Below are positions 9,964-18,840 of a stretch of DNA of 64,000 bases, in pieces. Made by a program: the position numbers and the translations under genes. The notes below the pieces were generated by a model. That model ran no database searches. It was not told where the DNA came from and worked only from the letters and a program-made list of their open reading frames with translations. Source of the DNA: a virus. Taxonomy: Duplodnaviria > Caudoviricetes. The stretch spans positions 17,256-81,255 of IMG/VR virus record IMGVR_UViG_2740891861_000008; one strand, written 5' to 3'. How positions within the stretch are numbered: the stretch's first letter is position 1; every line of letters starts with the position of its first letter.

Positions 9964-10447
9964 GGGCTTCCAGCACCCTCTGCATGATCGCGGTCTCGAT
10001 CGTCACCGATGCCCCGGATTGCCGTTCCACCTCCGCCATGATCTGCGCCGCCATCAGCGCGGCCACCCGTCCGGGCCAGGTCACCCAGACATCCCGTTCC
10101 TGCCGCGCCAGGCGAAAGACGAGGGTTTCCGCCCGCGCGCGGTCGACCATCGTGCCCTTCTTCTTCTGCACGGCCAGCTGGCGTTCTTGCGCGGCGTAAA
10201 CCGTCAGCGCCGTGCGCGCCTTGATGTAGGATGTCGTGTCCCCGGGGCCGCTGGCCAGCCCATCGCCACCAAGCGACCGGCGTTGCTGGTCGGGGTCCGT
10301 CATTTCCGCCCGCCGCACATCCGAGGCCGCGGCATTGATCGACCCGTCGTCATGGACCACCAGCCGCCCGTTCTTCCGAGCCTTCTGGACCCCGCCGCGC
10401 GACAGACCGGAATGGGCCGCGTACTCGCGTTCGCTCATGCCTTTCAT
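9911..10447 (-). CDS. terS: Terminase small subunit (Nu1-like)
   Basis: N-terminal HTH (SEREYAAHSGLSRGGVQKA), directly upstream of terL. Confidence 0.75.
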   Translation of the reverse strand: MKGMSEREYAAHSGLSRGGVQKARKNGRLVVHDDGSINAAASDVRRAEMTDPDQQRRSLGGDGLASGPGDTTSYIKARTALTVYAAQERQLAVQKKKGTMVDRARAETLVFRLARQERDVWVTWPGRVAALMAAQIMAEVERQSGASVTIETAIMQRVLEAHVREQLDALADLRVSLA

Positions 10448-10563
10448 GGCGCAGATAACCCGATCAACCCAATGATATCGCTTGGTATTCAGTTGATTAG
10501 ACAGCGCGATAGAGCGAGTCTGATCTCGAGGAAACGATCCAACTCAGCGAAGGACGCCCCGCC

Positions 10564-10791
10564 ATGACCACCCGCCGCGCCAGCGACAATTCCAAAGCCC
10601 TCGACGCCTTCATCGCCGCCAAGGCCGAGATCGACATCATGCTGGAACGCCTGAAGGCCCTCAGCGACGACCACTTCGAGACCCACCCCGACGAGATCCA
10701 TTGGGGGCATGTCGGGACGCTGAAGAACTACGCGAGCCTGCTGCGCCAGATCACCGACAGCGCCTTCAAGGAAGGCGAACACGCCGCCTGA
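10564..10791 (+). CDS. Conserved phage hypothetical protein
   Basis: 75 aa, AAGGA RBS, HPDEIHWGHVG motif; typical partner of DUF3489 genes. Confidence 0.7.
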   Translation: MTTRRASDNSKALDAFIAAKAEIDIMLERLKALSDDHFETHPDEIHWGHVGTLKNYASLLRQITDSAFKEGEHAA

Positions 10792-10928
10792 CGCGCCCAC
10801 GCGGCGCGACGGCCGCCCCGTCCGAGGACGGGGGTGAGCCCGGACCGTGGCCCCAGTGGGGCCGCGTAAGCCGGGCGAACGTCCGTAGAAGGCACGCACA
10901 CCGCGCGCCCACAGCCACGGAGGCCCCG

Positions 10929-11492
10929 ATGACCACCCCGTCCGACACCCAGTCCCTGATCCTGTCCCGCGCAGCGACCCGGCCCGGCAACCTTGCCCTG
11001 CCGCTGCCCGAGGGGCTGGTCGGCGCCGCCGCCAAGATGGTCGTCGGCAAGATGATCGCCCGCGGCTGGCTCGAGGAGGTCGAGGCGAACCTTCGCCGCG
11101 GCGAGCCGATGTGGCGCGAGACCGGCGACGGCCACGGCACCACGCTGATCGCGACCGAAGCCGGGCTGGAGGCCATCGGGATCGAGCCGTTGGCGGCCAG
11201 TGCTGTCGCCAGCGCGCGGAAGGCGAAGCCGAAACCGGAACCGGTGCAGATGCCCGACGACACCGGCACCGCGAAATTCGTCACCATCCGCGCTGGCACC
11301 AAGCAGGCGCAGATCATCGCCATGCTTCAGCGCCCCGAGGGAGCGACGGTCGCCGAAATGGTCGACGCCACCGGATGGCTGGCACATACCGTCCGCGGCT
11401 GTATCTCGGGGGCGCTGAAGAAAAAGCTGGGTCTGCCCATCGCCGCGGAGAAGGTCGAGGGCAGGGGAACCGTATATCGCCTCGTCAAATAG
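10929..11492 (+). CDS. DUF3489 domain protein (start MTTPSD)
   Basis: GTKQAQIIAMLQRPEGAT..TGW..HTVRG motif; GGAGG RBS. Confidence 0.85.
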   Translation: MTTPSDTQSLILSRAATRPGNLALPLPEGLVGAAAKMVVGKMIARGWLEEVEANLRRGEPMWRETGDGHGTTLIATEAGLEAIGIEPLAASAVASARKAKPKPEPVQMPDDTGTAKFVTIRAGTKQAQIIAMLQRPEGATVAEMVDATGWLAHTVRGCISGALKKKLGLPIAAEKVEGRGTVYRLVK

Positions 11493-11536
11493 GCGAATTC
11501 TCAGGGCGGAGCCAAATGGGTTTCAGTAGGGCCCGC

Positions 11537-12157
11537 CTATGTGCATAGGCCAGCCCAAGGACGAACATGCCGCCACCACTCCAAAGGAGTGAGAACCCTG
11601 ATCGGCAATAGCCTCAACTGGTCGCGCTTCTTGATAATTGTCCGCCGATCTCTTGTGCAGAAGACGTCACATTCGAGGCCGACTGCATTTCCGATCAGTT
11701 CCCGATCCGCCTTGTCGGGCAGTCGGCGGGTGAAAGGCGCATCGATCATGCGCCGCCCGACCACGGAAGCGTAAGCGATCGCTTCGTCTTCAGGCGAAAT
11801 CAACTCTACAGCGAAGTCTCGCAGCCGCTGGCGGTGTTCGGGATCGGGCGTATTGTCAACCTCATCAAGCGTCTTTCGGGATGCCATGATCGCCCAGTTT
11901 GCCCGCCTGCCAACGTAGAAGATGTGCATTAGCGCTTCGAGATCCTCGGCAAGTAACGCGTCCTCGATACTCGGTAGCGGCTGTTGCTCGAAAATCTGGT
12001 CTGGGTAATTCACGAGCAGGTTCACAACATTCGTGTCGAGAAAAATCCGCCCGGGTACGGCGTCATAGGGATAGGCCCTGCAATCCGCACTATGTTCGGC
12101 CTCACTGCGATAAAGGATCCAGCGCCGTCTGGTTTCATCCCAATGTTCGATTCCCAA
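11537..12157 (-). CDS. PIN-domain ribonuclease-like protein
   Basis: IFLDTNV, TLDE, DKADRE and FCTRD match the PIN acidic pattern. Confidence 0.7.
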   Translation of the reverse strand: MGIEHWDETRRRWILYRSEAEHSADCRAYPYDAVPGRIFLDTNVVNLLVNYPDQIFEQQPLPSIEDALLAEDLEALMHIFYVGRRANWAIMASRKTLDEVDNTPDPEHRQRLRDFAVELISPEDEAIAYASVVGRRMIDAPFTRRLPDKADRELIGNAVGLECDVFCTRDRRTIIKKRDQLRLLPIRVLTPLEWWRHVRPWAGLCT

Positions 12158-12247
12158 GGATCCACCATCTCATCCGGAAGCTGATGGCATGGAGAATAGA
12201 CTTGGTTTGAGGTTGATCCAAGCCTCCAACGGCCCGACAAAATGGCG

Positions 12248-13576
12248 CTACTCCACCGTCAATCCAGCCTTCCTTCCCGTCGCCATCTCCCACCGCCGCA
12301 CCGCGACGTCGCAGTAGACCGGGTCCAGTTCCACCGCGCAGCAGCGTCGTCCGGTGCGTTCGGCGGCGATCAGCTGGGTTCCGGAGCCGCAGAAGGGTTC
12401 GAACAACAGATCGCCAGGATCGGTGAAGGCCTCCAGCACCGCCTCTACCAGCGCCACGGGGAACACGGCCGGGTGCGATCCGGCTGCGCCAAGTCCGCCC
12501 TTGTGCCGCATGATCCGGAACACGGAGTCCGGGATCCGGTGGCTCTGGATCGCGTTGCCGAAGCCGGTCTTGCGGTGGACCGTGCCGTCGGCCCCGCGCA
12601 GGCCGCCGCCGCCGAGGGTTTCGCCCGCGTGCTTGCTCTCGACCGTCTTGTTCGGTTTGCGGGGCTGGCGGTTGAAGTGGAAGATGAACTCGTGCGAGGG
12701 CGCGAGGCGGCCGTTCCAGTCGCCGGGCAGGCCCGGCCCTTGGTCCCACACATACCAGCCAAACCGCCGCCAGCCCTGCGCACGCATCCAATCGAGCCAG
12801 CCCTCCCAATACGGAACCCACTCGCCATCGCGATGGACGAGGCCGAGGTTCACCAGCAGCTGGGAATCGGTATTGACCGGCGCTGTGGCGAAGACACCCT
12901 GCATCAGCGCATCCCAATCACCGACCTTCTCCTTCGCCGCGCCATAGTCGCGCTGCTGGGCGTAGGGCGGGGAGGTGAACATCAGCGCTGCCTGCGCCCC
13001 ATCCATCAGCCGCGCCACCACGGCCGGGTCGGTCGCATCGCCGCAGATCAGCCGGTGGTCGCCCAGCGCCCAGATATCGCCGGGGCGGGTGATCGGGTCA
13101 GCCGGGGCCTCCGGGATGGTGTCGGCCGCGTCATCGTCGATGGGCGCTCGGCCGTCGGCATCCTGCAGCAGCGCGTCCAGCTCGTCCTCAGGGATGCCCA
13201 TCAGCCCGAGGTCGAAGTCCTCGGCCATCAGGCCCCGCAGTTCCTCGAGCAGGAGTGCCTCGTCCCACCCGCCCAGTTCGGTCAGCTTGTTGTCGGCGAT
13301 GCGATAGGCCCGCCGCTGCGCCTCGGTCAGATGGCCCAGCACGATGACCGGCGCCTCCGCCAGCCGGAGTTGTAACGCGGCCAAGACGCGACCATGGCCC
13401 GCGATCAACTCGCCATCTGCGGCGACGAGGCAGGGGACGGTCCAGCCGAACTCGGCCATGCTCGCGGCGATCTTTGCCACCTGGTCGGCGTCATGGGTCT
13501 TGGCATTTCGGGCGTAGGGGCGGAGACGGGCCAGCGGCCAGTGCTCGATCCGGCCGGGCAGGAGGGGCGCGTTCAT
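12248..13576 (-). CDS. ParB-domain N6/N4 DNA methyltransferase (intact)
   Basis: ParB-like IAGHGR; TSPPY; HPAVFP; EPFCGSGT. Confidence 0.9.
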   Translation of the reverse strand: MNAPLLPGRIEHWPLARLRPYARNAKTHDADQVAKIAASMAEFGWTVPCLVAADGELIAGHGRVLAALQLRLAEAPVIVLGHLTEAQRRAYRIADNKLTELGGWDEALLLEELRGLMAEDFDLGLMGIPEDELDALLQDADGRAPIDDDAADTIPEAPADPITRPGDIWALGDHRLICGDATDPAVVARLMDGAQAALMFTSPPYAQQRDYGAAKEKVGDWDALMQGVFATAPVNTDSQLLVNLGLVHRDGEWVPYWEGWLDWMRAQGWRRFGWYVWDQGPGLPGDWNGRLAPSHEFIFHFNRQPRKPNKTVESKHAGETLGGGGLRGADGTVHRKTGFGNAIQSHRIPDSVFRIMRHKGGLGAAGSHPAVFPVALVEAVLEAFTDPGDLLFEPFCGSGTQLIAAERTGRRCCAVELDPVYCDVAVRRWEMATGRKAGLTVE

Positions 13577-14118
13577 GCCGCGAGCCGCTTTGCCTTGAGG
13601 GCGGCGAAGCTCTCGCCAGTTTCCACCAGCACCGCTTCCTGGCCGGTGAAAGATTGCCAGCGTTCGATGGCGACATCGACATAGGCCGGGTTCAACTCGA
13701 CCCCGAAGCAGACCCGGCCGGTGGTTTCCGCCGCGATCAGCGTGGTGCCGGATCCCATGAAGGGCTCATAGACTGCCTGGCCGGGGCTGGAATTGTTCAG
13801 GATCGGGCGGCGCATGCATTCAACCGGCTTCTGCGTGCCATGCACGGTGTCGGCGTCCTGATCCCGGTTGGCGATCTGCCACAGCGTGGTCTGCTTGCGG
13901 TCTCCGGCCCAATGGCCCTTGCCCGTCGCGCGCACCGCATACCAGCAGGGTTCATGCTGCCAGTGGTAATCGCCGCGGCTGAGCACCAGCCTGTCCTTGG
14001 CCCAGATGATCTGCGACCGGATGACGAAACCCGCGGCCACCAGGCTGTCGGCCACGGTCGCGGCATGCAGCGCGCCATGCCCGGTGTTTGTCAAAGGAGT
14101 TGTCGCCTGCTCTTGTTT

Positions 14119-15246
14119 TCAGGCTGCTCGTTCGACCGGCCCGGCCATGGGTCCGCCGCCGCCAGCTTGATGGGGGAGCGCGTCGGCGGACCCATGGCCT
14201 CCGCGCCCGGCATCTGGCCGTTCCGGGTTCAGCCAGACCGAGCCGATGGGTTGCCAGTTGCGGGTCTTGCCTGACCAGCGCTCCGGGTGCGCAGCGCGGG
14301 CGAATTCATAGACCCGGTGGCGCTCGGCCAGCAGCGCCTTGTCCTCGCCGCGGTGGCGCTGGTCGGGGGTGACGAAGCGGATCGCGCTGTGACGGTGCTC
14401 GGTGTTGTACCAGCGCACGAAGCTCTGGACCCAGGCCCGTGCCTCGTCGATCGTCGCGAAGCCCCGGGTCGGCCAGCGGGGCGTGTACTTGCAGGTCCGG
14501 AACAGCGCCTCGGAGAACGGATTGTCGTTCGATACCCGCGGCCGGCTGAAGGACGCGATGACGCCCAGCCGCTCCATCGTCACCTTCATGGTGGCGCCCT
14601 TCATCGGACTGCCGTTGTCCGCATGGAGTACGAGCGGGCTGGTCAGGCACCGCTCCGACCAGACGGCGCGCTTGAGCACCTCGGCCGCGAAGTCCGAGGC
14701 CTCGCGCTCGTGGACTTCCCAGCCAACGATCTTCCGGCTGAAGATGTCGACGATGAGATAGAGATAGAAGAAGGCACCGGCGATCGGTCCGGGCAGCCAC
14801 GTTATGTCCCAGCTCCAGACCTGGCAGGGCGCCTTCGCCTCGAAGCCGGTCGGCGGTTTCTGGCGTGCCGCCGGTCGGGCGCGGCCCCGGCGGTGGTTTT
14901 GGCCGCGCTCGCGCAACACCCTGTAGATGCTGGATTCCGATCCGATGTAGATGTCTCGGTCGGCCAGCCGGGGCACGATCTGGCTTGGTGGAAGACTTGC
15001 GAACTCGGGACTGGCACAGGTCGCCACGATCCGGTCGCGCTCCTCTTCCGAGAGTTTGTTGGCTGGCGCCGGGCGGTGCGCGGACGGACGGCGATCCTCG
15101 CGGATCCCGCCCTCGGGATCCTTCCAGCGCTGCAAGGTGCGGCGGCTCATCCCGAGTGTGGCGCAGGCGGCCCCCAAACGAGCTCCTGCCGTCGTCGCTT
15201 CGCCGATGAGGGCGACGATGTGCCGGCGATCCGAGGCAGACGTCAT
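14119..15246 (-). CDS. IS3 OrfB DDE transposase domain
   Basis: WSWDIT, LHADNG and NPFSE DDE motifs; ATGA overlap with orfA; upstream A6G -1 frameshift site near 15285-15291. Confidence 0.9.
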   Translation of the reverse strand: MTSASDRRHIVALIGEATTAGARLGAACATLGMSRRTLQRWKDPEGGIREDRRPSAHRPAPANKLSEEERDRIVATCASPEFASLPPSQIVPRLADRDIYIGSESSIYRVLRERGQNHRRGRARPAARQKPPTGFEAKAPCQVWSWDITWLPGPIAGAFFYLYLIVDIFSRKIVGWEVHEREASDFAAEVLKRAVWSERCLTSPLVLHADNGSPMKGATMKVTMERLGVIASFSRPRVSNDNPFSEALFRTCKYTPRWPTRGFATIDEARAWVQSFVRWYNTEHRHSAIRFVTPDQRHRGEDKALLAERHRVYEFARAAHPERWSGKTRNWQPIGSVWLNPERPDAGRGGHGSADALPHQAGGGGPMAGPVERAA

Positions 15247-15743
15247 TCCTCCGCGCCTCCCTCTGGGCCCCAGATCGCCTCGGCCTTTTTTCTGAGGATC
15301 ATCAGCGCCGCCGCCTCGGCCAGCGCCTTCTCCTTGCGCGCGAGTTCGCGCTCCAGCTGCTGGATGCGTTTCTTGTCGTCCCGCGTCTCGCGCGCGATCC
15401 GGCTGGTCGCCGCCCGTTCCCAGTCGTTGGCGCGCGCGCACGCTTCGCGCCACACGACGAGTTGCTCGAGGTAGATGCCACGGCGCCGGCAGTATTCGCC
15501 CAGCTCGGCCTCGTTCAGCGAGGCTGTCTCGATCACCGCCGCCAGCTTGTCCTCGGAGGTCCAGCCCTCAGGCCCGGCGTTGGCGTCGGGCAGGAACTGC
15601 CCCTTCGCTCGCGCCTCCGCCCGCCACTTGGCAAGCGTGGCCACGCTGATCCCCTCCTCCTTGGCCAGCTGGCCCAACGGTATCTTGTTCGGCGGAAGCA
15701 TCTTTCCGAGAACCGCCGCCTTTCGTTCTGGTGAATACGCCAA
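15243..15743 (-). CDS. IS3 OrfA (HTH plus coiled coil)
   Basis: YSPERK..LAKEEGISVATLAKW HTH; ends LRKKAEAIWG. Confidence 0.88.
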   Translation of the reverse strand: MAYSPERKAAVLGKMLPPNKIPLGQLAKEEGISVATLAKWRAEARAKGQFLPDANAGPEGWTSEDKLAAVIETASLNEAELGEYCRRRGIYLEQLVVWREACARANDWERAATSRIARETRDDKKRIQQLERELARKEKALAEAAALMILRKKAEAIWGPEGGAEE

Positions 15744-16741
15744 CTCGTTGTCCTGTCCCGCCCGCCTCAGAATACACTTGCGGTATCAGAGCGGGCGACA
15801 ACTTCCCTGACAGAGGGGGTGCCAGACATAGGCGACGTCACCGGGGAACAGCGCCCACGCTTCGCGCCAGTCGGCGCGGTCGTCGTTCAGCACCTTGCCG
15901 GTGCGTTTCGTCTTCGCGGCCCCGGCCTGGTTGCGCCAGGAGGGATCGTATTCGACGCCGTAGGGCGGGTCGGTGACCATCAGTAGGGGGCGCACATCAC
16001 CGAGCAGATGCCCCACGACATCGGCCGCGGTGCTGTCGCCGCAGATCAGCCGGTGTGCGCCCAGCTGCCACAGGTCGCCCGGCACCGACACCGGTGAGAC
16101 CGGCAGCTCCGGAACGTCGTCCGCACCCTCGACCGGACCATCCCCGCCCAGCGCCTCCGGATCCCGCAACAGCGCGTCAAGCTCATCGTCGCTGATGCCG
16201 AGCAGGGTCAGGTCGAAAACCTCGGCCAAGAGCCCCGCGATCTCGTCGCGCAGCAGGGCCTCGTCCCATTCGCCCAGTTCCGTCAGCTTGTTGTCCGCGA
16301 TCCGGTAGGCCCGGCGTTCGGCCTCGTCGAGATGGCTGAGCCGGATCACCGGCACCTCGGTCAGCCCGAGCATGGTGGCCGCCAGCACCCGGCCATGGCC
16401 CGCAATCAGCTCGCCGTCGTCGGCAACCATGCAGGGCACGGTCCAGCCGAACTTGGCCATACTGGCGGCGATCTTCGACACCTGGTCGTCGCCATGCATC
16501 TTGGCATTGCGGGCATAGGGGCGCAGCCGGGCAATCGGCCAGGATTCAACCTGGCTCGGCGCGAAGACGAGGTCCATGGGATGGGGCTCGGGATGTGGGG
16601 GACGGAAAATGAAAAGCGCCCGCGAGAGGTATCCTCCGGGCGCAATTCTTCGATGATCAAGGGGTAGGTCAATAGGGGCAGGTCTGTCAACCTGAAAAGT
16701 GAAGTGGATTCAACGGCTTCTCAGGAACTGACTTTCCGGGG

Positions 16742-16965
16742 TGGCTTCCGGCCACCTGGCTTCCCCGAAGGTGGCTTCCCTGGCTTCCCGCCGGGAATCC
16801 ACCATGGCCAGATCGTGATTCCGCAAGCCGCTGATCTGACTCAAGATTTCCGGCTCCGGGTCGCAAGGTTGCTTCCGCCTGGCTTCCCCGGTGAAAATGC
16901 CTCTCGCTAGCAAACCGCCGCGCTGCGCCCCCCCGCATACGTTCAGCGCCTGGGAGGAACCAGAG
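16742..16965. repeat. TGGCTTCC repeat cluster; putative packaging (cos-like) region
   Basis: Exact TGGCTTCC at 16742, 16757, 16772, 16781 and 16880, in non-coding DNA upstream of the late operon; function inferred. Confidence 0.5.
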
Positions 16966-17002
16966 GAGGGGTTAGTGGGTGGGTGAATTCACCCAATCTA
17001 AA

Positions 17003-18025
17003 TCACGCCTTCGGGAGGCGAACTGAGAAAACAATCTCACGACAGCTTCCTTTCCCAGTCATTATCTCCCGTTCACCAACAGTAACATCTATAGAGCCAT
17101 TAAAGCTGGTTACGATCTGACTGCACAAAAACAGTCCCAACCCTGAGCCAGAGTCACCTCGATCACGTGTTGCCTCACCACGATAACCACGTTCAAAAAT
17201 CCGCTGCTTCTCGTACTCCTTAATTTCAGGTCCAATCGAACTGACAGAGAACGAGATATTTCCGTCCTCTTCTGAAACACTTACGTCAATGCTTCCGTTG
17301 TGAGGAGAGTATTTAATTGCATTGTCGATCAGAATGTATGGTACAATCTCAAGTATATCAGGGCCGCGAGATGTTGAATATGAGCTGCCATTCAAGGATA
17401 TTTGAACGCCTGACCGCTCTGCCATTGGGCGAAATGATCTAACAACCTTGTCAACCTTTCGGAAGACCTGAACATTCGTTTTCGCACGCTCTTGTAAAGG
17501 ATCCCCAGAGAAGTCTATCATGTCCACCCGGATCCGAAGCATGCTCTGGGCTGCAACAATATTGTCGATCAGACGAATAGCGCCATTGTCTCTAGGTAGC
17601 GCCTGTATTGAAAGTTTCGCTTCCTCCGCTGCATGATAAATTACGCCAGATAGCCTGCGCATGTCGTGAACAACTAGATTAAGGTCATTATGGTAGCTTG
17701 CTGCAAAAGCTGCTTCCAGACTTTCTAGGGAAGCAACGTACTCTTCTATCCGCTTCACTGTCATTTGGGCTGGTACTGCAAGTCGGTTCTTGAATACTGC
17801 AAGGCTAGGGATCGCGCCTGGAAAGCAGAAACGTGTCCCGTCGTTGCCTATACGTACGAGTGCCATGTAACCAAAATCAATCTTGTGCCAGCCAGCTGTG
17901 CGAAGGGCGGCATAGGACGATATTTTGGATGCTCCTGCCAGGTCGGCTGGTAGATTGAAGATGGCGCCAGGGTAATACCGAAAGGAATCGTCCGGCTTTG
18001 AAACAACGCAGTCGAGTGCGAACAT
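17003..18025 (-). CDS. Soluble sensor histidine kinase
   Basis: H-box VVHDMR, N-box IDNAIKYS, F-box IFERGYRG, G2 GSGLGL; no obvious TM helix. Confidence 0.85.
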   Translation of the reverse strand: MFALDCVVSKPDDSFRYYPGAIFNLPADLAGASKISSYAALRTAGWHKIDFGYMALVRIGNDGTRFCFPGAIPSLAVFKNRLAVPAQMTVKRIEEYVASLESLEAAFAASYHNDLNLVVHDMRRLSGVIYHAAEEAKLSIQALPRDNGAIRLIDNIVAAQSMLRIRVDMIDFSGDPLQERAKTNVQVFRKVDKVVRSFRPMAERSGVQISLNGSSYSTSRGPDILEIVPYILIDNAIKYSPHNGSIDVSVSEEDGNISFSVSSIGPEIKEYEKQRIFERGYRGEATRDRGDSGSGLGLFLCSQIVTSFNGSIDVTVGEREIMTGKGSCREIVFSVRLPKA

Positions 18026-18717
18026 TAGCTTCCTGTAAATGCCCTAAAGATTGCGCTAGAGACGAGGCCGTTAATAACGTCGACCGCAAACTTACTCAGC
18101 CCTCGCTTGGCGGCGACCTCCGTTAAATCATCAAAGTTAGATTTTCCGGAGATAACAGATCTCACATATGCATCCTCCAGTATCAACAGGGCCTTGGTAT
18201 CTATGCCATCGTCGACGAGAGATCTGCGAATGCGTAGCCATATCTTCCGTTGATCGGATGCATCTCTGATCAAGCTGTCGAGCGCTTGGGTCCACTCGTC
18301 ATTGTCAGCATCTTTCTTGATGAACCTGTCAGCCAAAGCTATGGCAGCTTTTGCCTGCTCAGAGCTTGCAGATGCCCCTGAGTAGGCGGCAACCATTATT
18401 GATGGGTAATTGTGGCGTATCTCACGAATAAGCGTTGCGCCCTGCTTCCGATCGTCAAAATTCAGACCAACTCCCATCAGATCACAGAGTACAATGGGGT
18501 AGGCCGAAACTTCATCGATCTTCTTGATGTCACCGATTTCAGCAAATCGATAGCCAAAGTTCTTTAATGTGCGGCCTGCATCAAACGATTGATCATCAAC
18601 AACACAGATTTCAAACCGAGCTCGGCGATCCTTGGGGAGCGCCTGAGCAGTTGTATTCGCTACAGGCAGGTCTGCCAGCGTGCGATATCTACTAATTAAG
18701 CCTAAAGTCAATTTCAT
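18025..18717 (-). CDS. Response-regulator receiver protein with unrecognised C-terminal domain
   Basis: VVDD, VLCDL, AYSG and FIKK receiver motifs; TAATG overlap with the kinase. Confidence 0.8.
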   Translation of the reverse strand: MKLTLGLISRYRTLADLPVANTTAQALPKDRRARFEICVVDDQSFDAGRTLKNFGYRFAEIGDIKKIDEVSAYPIVLCDLMGVGLNFDDRKQGATLIREIRHNYPSIMVAAYSGASASSEQAKAAIALADRFIKKDADNDEWTQALDSLIRDASDQRKIWLRIRRSLVDDGIDTKALLILEDAYVRSVISGKSNFDDLTEVAAKRGLSKFAVDVINGLVSSAIFRAFTGS

Positions 18718-18840
18718 CTTGTCGTGCCTCTGGCCTTGTTTTCGGTCTTGTGTGTCTGTCTATGGGCGATGATGGCATTCCAAGTGTTTCGATGGGTCGC
18801 GACTATTGCGTCACTATGACAGCATTGGTATCAAGCTTTC

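Larger units (their letters stand above)
14082..15819 (-). mobile_element. IS3-family insertion sequence (1738 bp) with TGCC target duplication
   Basis: TGCC at 14078-81 and 15820-23; imperfect IRs TGTCA..GTTGTCGCC at 14089 and 15812; orfA/orfB layout. Confidence 0.9.
13573..16577 (-). pseudogene. ParB-domain N6/N4 methyltransferase split by IS3
   Basis: 5' part (15820-16577) has IAGHGR and TDPPY and ends AYVW(H); 3' part (13573-14081) resumes (H)GALHA with HGTQKP and EPFMGSGT. Confidence 0.92.

Noticed and set aside
1-10447. Gene transfer agent cluster
   Set aside because: Lambda-type gpA/portal/gpE head module linked to its own integrase and replication genes indicates a prophage
16742-16890. 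CRISPR-like array
   Set aside because: Repeats are only 8 bp and irregularly spaced; no cas genes
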